Virus record (IMG/VR): IMGVR_UViG_3300030104_007872
Span: 1 to 64,000 of that record
Direction: 5' to 3' (one strand)
Source of the DNA: a virus
Length of the DNA stretch: 64,000 nt
Shown here piece after piece: positions 16,820 through 27,900 of the stretch. The notes under the pieces are model-generated. The model was not told the DNA's origin. It made no database searches and worked only from the letters and a program-made list of their open reading frames with translations. The position numbers were made by a program, and so were the translations under genes. Positions within the stretch are counted from its first letter, which is position 1, and each line of letters begins with the position of its first letter.

Positions 16820-17959
16820 ATGAAAATTACTTTAAAAAGAACTCCAGAACAAGTCGAGCTTATCAAAGCTATGGCTTCACGCAACCGTAATGTTGCGTAT
16901 GAGGCGCAGGTTGCACTTGCTGAATTTATCGGACCCGTGTTGGCCGAGGTTCTCAATCAAGCTCCAACAGTGAGCAATCTGTTCCAGTCTCTTCAATTCA
17001 ATGCAGACGACAACCCAAGCATTCCGCTGGATCTCTACTACAACATTTCCGATGAGGATTATGTTAACGTATGGAGCCAGAGTCACGCTGGCGGTCTTCC
17101 TCAGAACCAAGTCCTTCCGACTGCTTCTGAGTTGAAGCTTGCTACTTACAGCCTTGACGCTGCGGTAAGCTTTGATCGTCGCTATGCGGCCAAAAGCCGT
17201 ATGGATGTAGTCAGCAAGACATTCACTCGTGTTGCACAAGAGATTCTCCTCAAGCAGGAGAGGACTTCCGCAACATTGCTGATGACTGCTCTCGCTAACG
17301 CTTCAACAACAGTTAATTCTATCGCTCACAAGCACGTTCAACTCTCAAATGTTAACGACCGCTTTGTGTTGGCCGACCTGAATGAATTGCTTACTCTTGC
17401 CAAGAGGATTAACACCTCATGGGTTGGCGGAACGCCAACCGAGCGCAGGAAGGGTATTACCGACCTGATCGTTTCTCCTGAAGTTGTTCAGGAGCTTCGC
17501 GCAATGGCCTACAATCCTATCAACACCGCAGCCGCCCCAATGGCATCTGCTCTTAAGGATAGTATTCCAGCTACCGATGAAATCAGAAATGCCGTTTATA
17601 ATAACGCAGGTCTTCCTGAGTTTTACGGTGTTTCCATCATGGAAATCAACGAGTTGGGAACTGGTCAAAAGTTCAACACGATCTTTGATACTGCCGCTGG
17701 CAGCACTGAGTATTCGGCTGCTGATGGCGCTCGTAAGTCCCAGTTTACTGGAGCTACGAATCAAATCCTCGTGGGTGTGGATCGCACACGCGACTCCCTC
17801 ATCCGTGCAGTAGCAACCGATGCTGAGAATGGCAGTGAGATGAATCTCATCGCTGACGACCAGTATAGTATTCGCCAAAATAAGATTGGCTACTTCGGTT
17901 CCATGGAAGAAGGCCGTGTGGTTCTTGATAACCGCGCCCTTGTTGGTAAGATCGTATAA
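16820..17959 (+). CDS. major capsid protein (HK97 fold)
   Basis: Position, 379-aa size, TDLIVSPE, EFYGVSI and KIGYFGSMEEGRVVLD; strong terminator after it. Confidence 0.9.
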   Translation: MKITLKRTPEQVELIKAMASRNRNVAYEAQVALAEFIGPVLAEVLNQAPTVSNLFQSLQFNADDNPSIPLDLYYNISDEDYVNVWSQSHAGGLPQNQVLPTASELKLATYSLDAAVSFDRRYAAKSRMDVVSKTFTRVAQEILLKQERTSATLLMTALANASTTVNSIAHKHVQLSNVNDRFVLADLNELLTLAKRINTSWVGGTPTERRKGITDLIVSPEVVQELRAMAYNPINTAAAPMASALKDSIPATDEIRNAVYNNAGLPEFYGVSIMEINELGTGQKFNTIFDTAAGSTEYSAADGARKSQFTGATNQILVGVDRTRDSLIRAVATDAENGSEMNLIADDQYSIRQNKIGYFGSMEEGRVVLDNRALVGKIV

Positions 17960-17981
17960 TCAATCTAACCTACCCCACAAG

Positions 17982-18015
17982 AGGGTCGCTCCGAAAGGAG
18001 CGGCCCTTTTTTTTT
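17982..18015 (+). terminator. rho-independent terminator
   Basis: AGGGTCGCTCC-GAAA-GGAGCGGCCCT followed by a T-run. Confidence 0.92.
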
Positions 18016-18047
18016 GTAATTTACTTTTCCTGTGTATATAATAGTAT

Positions 18048-18518
18048 ATGGCAAAGAAAAAGACAGGTAAGAAAAAGACCGCTAAAAGCAAGGGTGAGCT
18101 TCCTTTTGAGGAGGTAACCACGGGCCAAGAACAACCCAAGAAAAAGGGTATCTTGGAAGAAATTGAGGAAATGAAGGCTAGCGGTAACACAAAGAGCGAG
18201 GAATTCAAAAACAAGATAAAGGAGCTAGAGGTTATCTTGGGCGTTGATGAAGTGAATCCGTTTGGCACTAATGAGCTTGACATCTTCGAAGACAACTTGA
18301 GGGAAATGAATGTGACCGACATGATGAGACTTGCTCAAAAAGTTGGCCTCAATCCCCATCAAGAAAGAACTCGACTCAAGAAGAATCTCATTAATGAATT
18401 TAAGGGTTACAACCGCAATAACCGCAGGAATATCGCGCCAAATATGAGCAAGACTATTGAGCTTGACCCAAACAACCCACAACACGCTGAAACTATTAAA
18501 ATTCTACGAGAATTCTAA
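18048..18518 (+). CDS. hypothetical protein
   Basis: 156-aa ORF, GTGTAT motif upstream. Confidence 0.75.
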   Translation: MAKKKTGKKKTAKSKGELPFEEVTTGQEQPKKKGILEEIEEMKASGNTKSEEFKNKIKELEVILGVDEVNPFGTNELDIFEDNLREMNVTDMMRLAQKVGLNPHQERTRLKKNLINEFKGYNRNNRRNIAPNMSKTIELDPNNPQHAETIKILREF

Positions 18519-18538
18519 TAATTGGTGTAATAGTTGGT

Positions 18539-19024
18539 ATGGCGTTAACTGCATTAGGTGAATTAGCTTCGGGAATTCTAAATACTGAATTTGATGATAA
18601 TACTGGAATCGCTACGACAGGAGCGATTAGTGGATGGCTATTCGAAAACCTTGGGCGATTAAATACTTGGATTTATACTGATTTCAGCGGACAGGATGCA
18701 ACTGGCTCTTCAGCAGGAGCATTCAACATTGAGGCGCAGAACATCCATAAAGAATTATATCTTTATCACTACTACAACAAGGAGGCCAGAAACGCCCTCA
18801 GGGGAATCATTCACTCCAATGTGAGTGGAGATAATATTTTATCCTTAAAGGACGGAGAAAGCTCTGTAACGTTCGTTAACAGGAATGAGGTGTCCAAAGT
18901 CTATAAGGGGCTTGCAAGCGATTCTATGGCGAATGTGGAGCGACTAGCGGCACAATACAACATATATCAGGCTGAGCCTAGACAATTAGGTGGCGTTGAC
19001 GGTGACACGGGCTATCTCTACTGA
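18539..19024 (+). CDS. putative head-tail adaptor
   Basis: Position after MCP; SLKDGESSVTF typical of adaptors. Confidence 0.55.
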   Translation: MALTALGELASGILNTEFDDNTGIATTGAISGWLFENLGRLNTWIYTDFSGQDATGSSAGAFNIEAQNIHKELYLYHYYNKEARNALRGIIHSNVSGDNILSLKDGESSVTFVNRNEVSKVYKGLASDSMANVERLAAQYNIYQAEPRQLGGVDGDTGYLY

Positions 19025-19344
19025 GAGGTGGACTTATGACCGTTATACAACTTTTCCATGATTTTCTCCACGTCGAGTTCCAGCATCGAAATTTTTAAAT
19101 TTTGTTTTACGTCGTCTGGGAGGCTTCCACTCCCCCATTTGCCCGCAGGCCAATCGCGTACAAAAATTGCGTGTTTCTCGACATCCTTTCCAATCATTTG
19201 GATTTGGAAATCGTTATGCTGAACTGAGCTTTGCAAGTTCGATGCCCACCAAACAATACCCGCAGCCTGAACGGCTAGACCAATTCCAAGAGAGATGAAG
19301 AACTTGCTGTCTACGGCGCGTTCTTTCCTTGCGTTATGGCTCAT
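19018..19344 (-). CDS. single-pass membrane protein, possibly lysis-related
   Basis: TM segment FFISLGIGLAVQAAGIVWWAS followed by coiled coil. Confidence 0.55.
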   Translation of the reverse strand: MSHNARKERAVDSKFFISLGIGLAVQAAGIVWWASNLQSSVQHNDFQIQMIGKDVEKHAIFVRDWPAGKWGSGSLPDDVKQNLKISMLELDVEKIMEKLYNGHKSTSQ

Positions 19345-19347
19345 GGC

Positions 19348-19572
19348 TTAGCCCTGTATGCCATCAAATAGTCGGGCAGCTTCACTCACAAGTCTCATCT
19401 TGCTTTCGTATGGTAAGCCTAGATCGGAGGCATATTTTTTAGCCTCAGCGTCATTCATAGCGAGTATTTTATACTTGAGACTCTTAGTTCCCTTTATATC
19501 GCCCCAATCTATACCTGTATTAACTTTCTTAGGTTTTTCCTTTTGAACGGGTTTCTTATCTTCGTCATTCAT
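19348..19572 (-). CDS. hypothetical protein
   Basis: ATG at 19572 lies 11 nt after GTGTAA; the longer track start runs through a terminator. Confidence 0.65.
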   Translation of the reverse strand: MNDEDKKPVQKEKPKKVNTGIDWGDIKGTKSLKYKILAMNDAEAKKYASDLGLPYESKMRLVSEAARLFDGIQG

Positions 19573-19590
19573 AACATTTACTATTACACA

Positions 19591-19619
19591 AAAAACCCCG
19601 CTTGTGCAGCGGGGTTTTT
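19591..19619 (-). terminator. rho-independent terminator after the tail tube gene (bidirectional shape)
   Basis: AAAAACCCCGCT-TGTGC-AGCGGGGTTTTT. Confidence 0.88.
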
Positions 19620-19647
19620 CATTTTTTGGTTGATTTAACAAGGACTA

Positions 19648-20865
19648 TTAATCCATTCCGCCAGCATCAGTATCGTAGGTATTGACCGCAAGAGGATATA
19701 TTGGCTGATTGCCTGACAAAACTCCCGTATATACTGTGCAGAAAATACCGTGGTCGGTATCGGCAACACCACCGATTTGAGTTGTAAATGTCAGATCCAC
19801 CGACTTGTTAGCTCCTATGCTTGAAGAGGTGTTCTGACTGTCCATTGTGCAGTTCTTAAGAAGAAACTCATATGCGTTCGTGTCATCCGCCCTGTTTATT
19901 TGCAGCGTTACATCCTTCTCCAAGTTCTTGTCAATGATGTCGGCAAGCACGAAAGCATTTTCGTCGTTTACGAGAGCACTCACGGAAAGTGATGCCACAA
20001 TTGGGAAATCCACAGTTCTTGCATATGCGAACCTGCTCCCAAGTCTGTCGAGAGGCGTTCTGGAAAGTGGAACTGACAGAGAGGCGCTTTGAATGTGCGC
20101 TCCAGTCGCGCCTCCAAGTGCAATGTTGGTTGACTCTTGGGCTCCTTGCAACTCAAGAGTAATATCTCCTGGGCGTAGGGCCAGAGTTTGAGCATCGGTC
20201 ACTTTCCTATCCGCAGCCGAAGGCGCTCCACTTTGGGCGTAAGGAACTTGACACAGCGCATCATATGATGTCCCCTCCTCTTGGTTCACACCTGGACTAT
20301 CTATGCTCATATAACCACCCGTGGCTACTGAGTCTACATTGACATCCGAAATTACGTTAGATCCCTCACAGGTTACAGAAACAGTTGGAATCGAGCCCAC
20401 AGAACAATCAAATGTATAGTCGCTGACATACATGTTGCCAAGACCAAGGAATGTTCCAGTTTTCTTATCGGCGGCATCCTGACCTTCATTAACCGTAAGG
20501 ATAAAGAAGTTAGAGCCTGAAGTTGCTGTTTGGTGACCAGAAGTGAAACTACCACTCATGTTAGCAGTGGAAGCGGAGCCTGCATTATTTTTGCCAGTAA
20601 TGACATAAAAGTTTAAAGCCTTTTCATTAAAACCATCTGTTGGATAATAAGTGAAATCCAAGCTAACGGTGGGCGCGTCAATAACCTCCGTACCGATACG
20701 GGCCAGTTCGCCATATTGGTTAACGTCTGTGCGAGAAAGGTTAAAGCCATAGTTGGCGCTTTGAACCCTCTGTAGTTGAACGTGGTCGCCACTTGTTGTG
20801 GACGCTGCATTAAAACTACAGTAGAGGGCTTCGGACTGGTAAATTACTCTGTTTCTTGATGCCAT
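19648..20865 (-). CDS. major tail tube protein
   Basis: Beta-rich, two repeated tube-like halves (RVQSANYGFNLSRTDVNQYG and HIQSASLSVPLSRTPLDRLG); own terminator; follows neck genes. Confidence 0.75.
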   Translation of the reverse strand: MASRNRVIYQSEALYCSFNAASTTSGDHVQLQRVQSANYGFNLSRTDVNQYGELARIGTEVIDAPTVSLDFTYYPTDGFNEKALNFYVITGKNNAGSASTANMSGSFTSGHQTATSGSNFFILTVNEGQDAADKKTGTFLGLGNMYVSDYTFDCSVGSIPTVSVTCEGSNVISDVNVDSVATGGYMSIDSPGVNQEEGTSYDALCQVPYAQSGAPSAADRKVTDAQTLALRPGDITLELQGAQESTNIALGGATGAHIQSASLSVPLSRTPLDRLGSRFAYARTVDFPIVASLSVSALVNDENAFVLADIIDKNLEKDVTLQINRADDTNAYEFLLKNCTMDSQNTSSSIGANKSVDLTFTTQIGGVADTDHGIFCTVYTGVLSGNQPIYPLAVNTYDTDAGGMD

Positions 20866-20921
20866 AATAAAAAGATCTTTATTTTGTTTACAGTTTAATC
20901 GTTAAAATATGAAATTCAGTA

Positions 20922-21776
20922 TTAGTTTTCAAAGCGATATCTGTGTTGTTGTATGTCGAAATCTATGAAGCCAACATAAAGATCGTTAGCCAAGCTTTTC
21001 CGAACTCTATCGCTTAACTTAGAGGTCTTAGCGCTTTCCACATAAAACATTGTGTTGCCCCCTTGAAATTCGTTTTTTAGCCCCGTATAATTATAGCTGC
21101 CATCTTTTAAATCACCTAATTCTGTTATGGGGTATCCAGTAAACGGGATGTTGCCTATAACCTCATCCACAGAATCCGCAAAAATAGATAGCACCCCATC
21201 TAGTTGGTAGGGGTCTTCAGCAAGAACCACCGCTTTAACCATAACCTCAGTTTGTTGCAGGCCACCAAATGCATAAGGCTTATTTTGAGTGTCCGCTGCG
21301 GCAAGAAAAATAGCGGGAACCACATCATCATAAGGCGCGATGTAATCATAATTTGCTGATGGTAGTCTGGAATTAACCTTATATTTATTTTCTACCACCA
21401 AATCCTCCTCGGTATCATTGGTGAAATAGATGTTAAAATCCTTAACTGCAAAACTACCAGTTACCGCCGCACCTGTGGGCGCCCCAGATGCCAACACTCT
21501 CCCATTATCAAAATCTAATACAACGCCATCGTTTCTACCCGAAAATCCACCATTAATGAAAACGCCAGTGGGAATGTTTGCCCCTGTTATTGAAGAGTCT
21601 GCAACCCATTGTTTATATGGACTTCCAAAAACCGTGTAGGTTGAATCTATTCGGGGGTCGTCGTAGTAAAAAAAATCTCCCGTTTTATCTGAATAAGCCT
21701 CACCTTTGGTGGTGAGAAAATTATCAAACCACAAAAAGAAAGAGGTTGTTAATCTATGTTGGAACTGTTCAATCAT
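20922..21776 (-). CDS. putative tail terminator/completion protein
   Basis: Directly upstream of tube gene; VPAIFL and GFIDFDI. Confidence 0.55.
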   Translation of the reverse strand: MIEQFQHRLTTSFFLWFDNFLTTKGEAYSDKTGDFFYYDDPRIDSTYTVFGSPYKQWVADSSITGANIPTGVFINGGFSGRNDGVVLDFDNGRVLASGAPTGAAVTGSFAVKDFNIYFTNDTEEDLVVENKYKVNSRLPSANYDYIAPYDDVVPAIFLAAADTQNKPYAFGGLQQTEVMVKAVVLAEDPYQLDGVLSIFADSVDEVIGNIPFTGYPITELGDLKDGSYNYTGLKNEFQGGNTMFYVESAKTSKLSDRVRKSLANDLYVGFIDFDIQQHRYRFEN

Positions 21777-22354
21777 TTGAGTTCTTCGAAACGTTGAGTG
21801 TATTTCTTAATAAGCGCGGAAATGTAAGGAGTGTTGCTAAATCTTCCACCCCTTACCTTTACACGGCTTTGAATCGCTGCGCCCGATCTACCTTTATTTT
21901 TTCGCAAAAGGTAGCCCAATCCCGAAATCCCGCGCTCTATTCCTTGAGCCCAACTTCTTCCAAATGCCCAAGGCAACGGCGTAATGGCAAAGATATCTTC
22001 AGCAGTTGGTATACTAACCTGAAAGTTGTTGCCTATTCCTCCTTGTGTAATTGGCGCTATATATCTAATCTCTGTTGCTTCAAGGAGTGAAAGTATCGGC
22101 ATTATGGGTTCGTCGCCACTATCAAAACCAATAAAAGCAAATAAGTTGGTTACCCCATTCAGGGTTCCGCTGATATTTGTTCCACTAGGGCCGCTTTTGA
22201 TTTCTTGCGTCACAGGATGACCTAAGAATTCAGCTATCATCTCCTTTTTAATTCTTTTAAATTTTTCAGAGATCTCTTTTTCAAAGGGTTTTCTTAAAAG
22301 CTTGGGTGTTTGCCGCTTTAGAGCCCTTCTAACGTCTTGTGGTAATGTGGCCAT
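21773..22354 (-). CDS. putative neck/tail completion protein
   Basis: Synteny; SWAQGIERG and NTPYISALI resemble HK97 gp10-like proteins. Confidence 0.5.
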   Translation of the reverse strand: MATLPQDVRRALKRQTPKLLRKPFEKEISEKFKRIKKEMIAEFLGHPVTQEIKSGPSGTNISGTLNGVTNLFAFIGFDSGDEPIMPILSLLEATEIRYIAPITQGGIGNNFQVSIPTAEDIFAITPLPWAFGRSWAQGIERGISGLGYLLRKNKGRSGAAIQSRVKVRGGRFSNTPYISALIKKYTQRFEELK

Positions 22355-22818
22355 TAATCGTCGATGGGGGTAAGCAGGAACGTAAAAAATTGATTATCAA
22401 ACAAACCCGAGGGATTGCCATCGCTTTTTATTGAAAATTTTCGCCCGTCGAATTCGACCCTTCGAGCTTCCCTGATGTAATCATAAGCGCTTTCCTGCAC
22501 TACAATTTTTACAGAACCAGCAGGAAGAATAATCTTGTTTTGTGAACCGCCCTGTTCCCCTGGGTCTGAAATATACTCTTTTTCTAAATCCTGATAATAT
22601 ATTCTAGCGGTAAAACTGCTAGATACCGTTGAGTATTCCACTGAGGTATTTGATCCTGTATTAGTGCGCTTATACAGGGCGTTCCATGATGGTGTTGAAG
22701 CTATTAAGGTTTTTTTAGCATTTTTATAAACTGTAATACTTTGTGCAAACGTGTCGTGTAAAATTGTAGCCAAATCCTTAATTTTGGTTACTTGTTCTGG
22801 TTTTAAAAATCCCGCCAT
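22354..22818 (-). CDS. putative head closure protein
   Basis: Synteny; RVEFDGRKFSI motif. Confidence 0.55.
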   Translation of the reverse strand: MAGFLKPEQVTKIKDLATILHDTFAQSITVYKNAKKTLIASTPSWNALYKRTNTGSNTSVEYSTVSSSFTARIYYQDLEKEYISDPGEQGGSQNKIILPAGSVKIVVQESAYDYIREARRVEFDGRKFSIKSDGNPSGLFDNQFFTFLLTPIDD

Positions 22819-22863
22819 ATTGATTTTTACACTTTTATTTATATAATAAGATAGGATTAAGGC

Positions 22864-23154
22864 ATGGATGCGAAAAAAAAATTAATTAAGGGCTCTGAAA
22901 AAGAAGTCTCTGGACTCTTTAAAATGATGTTAATGATGGTCGAAGACATGAAAAAAGACCACGATTTTCATTATGATAAGCTTTATGAGAATATCCCTAA
23001 GGAACACCACCCAATAATTAATGCGGCTAATCACTTTACCCCCGAAAAGGTAGCTTGGATTCGCAAGAGAATTTTGGATTTTGGAAACGAATCAATTAGA
23101 AATATAGGCTCTGAGTTTGATAATTATAAGGTAAGCTTCATATTTAAAAATTAA
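22864..23154 (+). CDS. hypothetical protein
   Basis: 96-aa ORF after TATAAT. Confidence 0.75.
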   Translation: MDAKKKLIKGSEKEVSGLFKMMLMMVEDMKKDHDFHYDKLYENIPKEHHPIINAANHFTPEKVAWIRKRILDFGNESIRNIGSEFDNYKVSFIFKN

Positions 23155-23166
23155 AGGAATAAGGTT

Positions 23167-23922
23167 ATGGCTTTTAAGGAATTATATTCATTTACTATAG
23201 ATCAGGAAAAAGAGATTGAAAAAACTCACACGCGAACAAATAAAAAAACAGGCGAAGAAACAAAGGTAACCAAAAAGGTTAAGGAGAAGGTTCCAATCAC
23301 TGTTAAGCTGAAAAGGCCGTCGCGAAGAGAGTTGGAAGATGCGGAATTAGAATATTCCGTAGAAATGAGCCGCTGTGTTAAAAGGGGTATTTTAACCAAG
23401 GCGATGCTCTATAAGAAATACAGTGATACGGGAGGCGTGTTCAGCGAGGAAGATGCAAAGGATTATGGAAAACTGTATAAGGATATTTTGAATTTGCAGA
23501 ATGAGTATATCCGCTTGGATTCTGTTGATAAAAAATCTGAAAAACAGAAAAAACGTTTAGAGGAAATAAAGGATGAGCTAGCTGAAACCAAACGGAAAAT
23601 GGTTGAAGTTGAATCTAATATGCAGTCCCTCTTCGATCATACGGCAGACAATAAGGCTCAGAATCGACTTTTGCTTTGGTATACTTTGATGTTAACTCAC
23701 ATTCAAGGAGAGGAGGACGAAAGTGCAATTCCATACTTTAATGGTGACACTTTTGAGGAAAAGATCGAGGACTATTACCTTAAAGAGGATGAAAGTTCAG
23801 AGTTCTATGGGGAAGTAGTTAAAAAGATAACGACTATTTTAGCTTTTTGGTTCTTTAATCAAGCTTCAAGTCCAGAGGAGTTCAATGATCTTATCGAAAA
23901 GATGGAAAAGGGTGAACTTTGA
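23167..23922 (+). CDS. putative tail assembly chaperone
   Basis: Acidic coiled-coil protein upstream of the tape measure. Confidence 0.5.
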   Translation: MAFKELYSFTIDQEKEIEKTHTRTNKKTGEETKVTKKVKEKVPITVKLKRPSRRELEDAELEYSVEMSRCVKRGILTKAMLYKKYSDTGGVFSEEDAKDYGKLYKDILNLQNEYIRLDSVDKKSEKQKKRLEEIKDELAETKRKMVEVESNMQSLFDHTADNKAQNRLLLWYTLMLTHIQGEEDESAIPYFNGDTFEEKIEDYYLKEDESSEFYGEVVKKITTILAFWFFNQASSPEEFNDLIEKMEKGEL

Positions 23923-24902
23923 GTGAAGAGTTTTATATTTCTGTTATTGGTGAGGTATTTGACGGGTGCACAGAAATAAGCATCAGAGGTGTAAGTGCTT
24001 ATTTAAAGCATGTCAGTATCAGGGATCAAAGATATATACACAAATACTACGAAAAATATAGGCAAAGGGCGATTGATAAAGGTGTAGAAACCGAAGCTGA
24101 TCGCTTGACGTATATAGTCGAGGAAGAATTGTGGCTAGCCGAAGACGATACAAAGATAGCATTGCTAGCCGACGAAATTAAAAACTTAGAGAAAACAGTT
24201 AAGAGTTTAAACCTGCCTTCTCAAAAGGAACAGGTGCAGGTTACGCTGCGAGAGAGGCGCGAGGAATGGCTGGGCTTGCACCAGCAAAGAAAAGAGGCGG
24301 TCGGAAAAACCGCTGAAGATTACGCCACAAATAGGGCGTCTGACGAATTGCTGAGATTTGTTTTGTTTAAAGATGAAGATTTAACGGAACATTTTTATAC
24401 AGAAGAAGAATTTGAAAATTTGGAGAGTTGGGAAATCTTAAAAATTGGTAAAAAGCAGGAAGAGGTAGCAAAACGCTTTGATGAGCTAACTTTACAAAAG
24501 GCAGTTTTGCGTCCGTTTTTTAGTATGTACCTATCTTTGTGTGAAGATGTTGGTATTTTTTATAGAAAACCCGTAACTCATTTATCGATTTATCAATTAA
24601 AGGTGGCGCTTTTTGGCAGAATGTTTTTTAACGTTTTTCAATACACTGATGATATTCCCGATCATATCAAAGATGATCCCGAAAAGCTGTTGGCTTATGC
24701 GGACGCACAAAAGAAGGGTGATGCCGACTTGGGAATTGATCAAAATGCGGATGCAAGTGCGGTATTCGGAGCGACCAAGCAAGACATGAAGAGTCTTGGT
24801 TTAGAAAGCCAGTCAAACGTTTCTTTGCGAGATGAAGCTCAAAAACATGGCGGTAGACTAGATATGAAACAAATGATGCGATTAGCTGGGCATGATGTGT
24901 AA
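23919..24902 (+). CDS. putative second tail assembly chaperone
   Basis: Immediately upstream of the tape measure; VTHLSIYQLK. Confidence 0.5.
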   Translation: MSEEFYISVIGEVFDGCTEISIRGVSAYLKHVSIRDQRYIHKYYEKYRQRAIDKGVETEADRLTYIVEEELWLAEDDTKIALLADEIKNLEKTVKSLNLPSQKEQVQVTLRERREEWLGLHQQRKEAVGKTAEDYATNRASDELLRFVLFKDEDLTEHFYTEEEFENLESWEILKIGKKQEEVAKRFDELTLQKAVLRPFFSMYLSLCEDVGIFYRKPVTHLSIYQLKVALFGRMFFNVFQYTDDIPDHIKDDPEKLLAYADAQKKGDADLGIDQNADASAVFGATKQDMKSLGLESQSNVSLRDEAQKHGGRLDMKQMMRLAGHDV

Positions 24903-24935
24903 ATCTTTGTGTAAATAATACAAAGGTTAACGGAA

Positions 24936-27900
24936 ATGCCAGTTAGAATACCAGTAACAGAAACAGGATTAGAGGCCAGTATATTAGAGGCTACCCGTAG
25001 GGCTGGCGCTAAAGCGGGAAAAAATTTAAAAATAAATCTGGGGACTAACCCCAAAAGTATAGAGGCTCTTTCGCAACCACTAGGGCGTATTACTGGAAAA
25101 GCCGACGAATTTACCAAGTCAATGGAGGCGGCTAACGCTCGTGTGTTGGCATTCGGTGCATCCGTTGGGGTTCTGAGTGCGGTAACCAAAGGCTTTAAGG
25201 ATTTAGTTACGGTTACAATTGAAGTTGAAAAGCAATTAACTTCAATTAACACCATTGTTGGGGGCACTGCTGCTGAATTATCTAAGTTCAAAAAAGAAAT
25301 CTTTGATGTTGCTCGGGAGACCGAGCAATCGTTCGATACTGTGGCCGAGGCCGCTCTTGAATTAAGTCGTCAAGGTCTCAGCGCTGAGGATGTCCTTAAG
25401 AGATTGGGTGATTCTATGATCCTAACTCGACTGTCTGGCTTGGGTGCTGGCGAGGCTGTGGCAGGACTAACTGCGGCAATCAACTCTTTTACTAAAGCTG
25501 GGGTTACAAGCGAAGAGGTGTTGAATAAGCTTTCTGCGGCAGCGGTTTCCGCAGCGGTTTCCGAAAGAGATTTGATTGAAGGTATTAAGCGTTCGGGCGC
25601 TGTTGCGGTTCAGGCGGGCGTTAGTCTAGATGAGCTTATTGGTGTAATTTCCGCAGTTCAACAAAGAACAGCGCGGGGTGGTTCAGTTATCGGTAACTCC
25701 TTCAAGACTATTTTTACGAGAATCCAGAGTTTGGATAAGCTGGAGACGATGCAGAATCTTGGGGTGCAGGTTACAGATCTTCAAGGGGATGTTTTACCTG
25801 CTATTCAGCTTATTAAAAATTTAGCAGGAGCTTTAAATGCTTTACCTGAAGCCAAGCAACTTCAAATTGCAGAAAAATTAGTTGGTAAATTTCAAATTGC
25901 ACCTTTTTTGGCTATTTTAGAAGATTATAATTCTGAAGCTCAGATAGCTATAGAGGTTACTAAAGTTGCACAAAACGCTACTACAGAAGCTTATCAACGA
26001 AATGTTGCTCTTAACAAAACTTTGTCAGCAGCAATTAATGAGGCGACAATTAATCTAAAGGAGTTAGCCAACACATTGGGTGAAATTGGTGTAACCGACA
26101 GCCTGAAAAATATTCTTGGCTTTTTTAACACTTTGGTAAGTAAAATCCAAGATGTTATGGAGGGCGAAGGTCTTGGAAGCGATTTTGCAAGAGCGATAGT
26201 CAAGGGCATCAGTAATGTTATTAGCGGACCTGGGTTAGCGATCTTTGGAGCCATCATTGCTAAATTAACAATTGATTTAGCTAAGTTTGGAACGAAGGCT
26301 CTTACTACATTCTTTGGCATGAATAGTGCCGCCAAGCAAATTGCGACTACGCAAGGAGCAATAGCGTCAACTCTTTTAAGTAATCAGGAAATTCAAAAAC
26401 GAATTTTAAGTATAGAAAATTCTACTCTTAGTGTTGAGCAAAAGAGGAAGGCCCAGATGGACTTTTTCACAACGGCCTTAAACGCTCAATATGCTACCAT
26501 GCAAAAAATGCAGACTATTGCGGGTCGCATAGCTCCTGGGGTAGTCAAAGGAACATCTGGCGGTGGTCGAGGTGCAGGAGGATTTGTTCCAAATTTCGAT
26601 GCCGTGAGGGGTTATGGCCCACAACGAGGCATGATTCCAAATTTCGATGCGGTGAGAGGTTACGCTCAAGAGAATGCTGATATTAGTCGCGGCGTAGGTG
26701 GAGCACCCGCTTCGGCTAGACCCGTAGCTATTCCTAATTTTAATTTTGGTCAAGGACAGAGAGGCACAATGATCGCCAACACCAGTGAGGTGATGGTTCC
26801 AAATTATGCTGGCGGGGGATCTGCCATCTTTAATCGCGACATGATAGGGGCGGCAGGGATGCCGCGTGGCGCTCGCTCAATTACAGGTGCTAGCGGATAT
26901 ATACCGAATTTCCAGAGGGGACTTAAAAAAGATCAGGCTGGCTTCGAACATTCTTTTAGAAATGCGAGCATATCCAACTTAGATAAGACTATTGCCAACA
27001 GTAAGAATGCTGCCGCCGTTGCCGCAGCCAAGGCTGTCAAGGACAAGAGACAGGGTAAGAAGGCTGGGGTCATAAGCTTTAATGCCAAAGACTATGGGGT
27101 CGCTGCGATGTTTGCTGGCAAGGGTTCCGCAGTTAGGTCGGTTAACCAACAACTAGACACGCTCATAAAGTCGGGGGGAGAAGCGGCGCTCAGGGCGAGT
27201 CAGCTAAAAAAGATGGGCGCGACAGCTATTAATTATTCTGGCGTTCAAGTGCAAGACTTGGAGTCCATGAAAAACCGCAAGCGCGGGAAAATTAATGAAC
27301 CGAGTAACCGAAGGGCGCTGTCGCGTTTTTTCCTTAAGCCTCTTCAGCGTTATGGTAACTTTATGACCGATACCATATTTGATGGTAACGAATTAGCTCA
27401 AATTCAAAATCAAAACAGAAAATTTGTTAGCGGTCCAGATATTTTTTCGAGTTCAGTAGAGGGTGGTCTTTTCGAGGCTGCAATTAGGCTTGTCACTAAA
27501 GGCGCGAAAGCCAGTAGGGCTTTTAAATCCCATAGCGATTCCCAAGCTGCATTTGATTTTGAGGAGACATCACCTCCACAACAGGGCTTTAAAGACGCTT
27601 TTGGTTTTGGCAGAAATCTTAGGAGGGCTGACGCAAAGAGAACTGCGGACGCAGACTCAGTAAGAACACTTATAAGCAAGACTTTAAGAACTGATGACGG
27701 GTTTCAAGCTATGAAATCCGCCGCAAGGAGACAGGGCTTCAAGGGTGCTGCTTCTGGTTATATTCCAAATTTCGCTTCACCGCTTCAAGATGCCATTGCA
27801 AGAGAAATGTCTGCTGGCATACCAATTAATCAAGTAAGGATCAATCAAGATGGTGGTCTTCGTAATGCTGGAAACCCAATGGGTCTGGCGGTGACTAATA

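Noticed and set aside
23900-23925. Tail-chaperone G/GT frameshift
   Set aside because: No clear slippery heptamer; a TTGA start/stop overlap explains the junction
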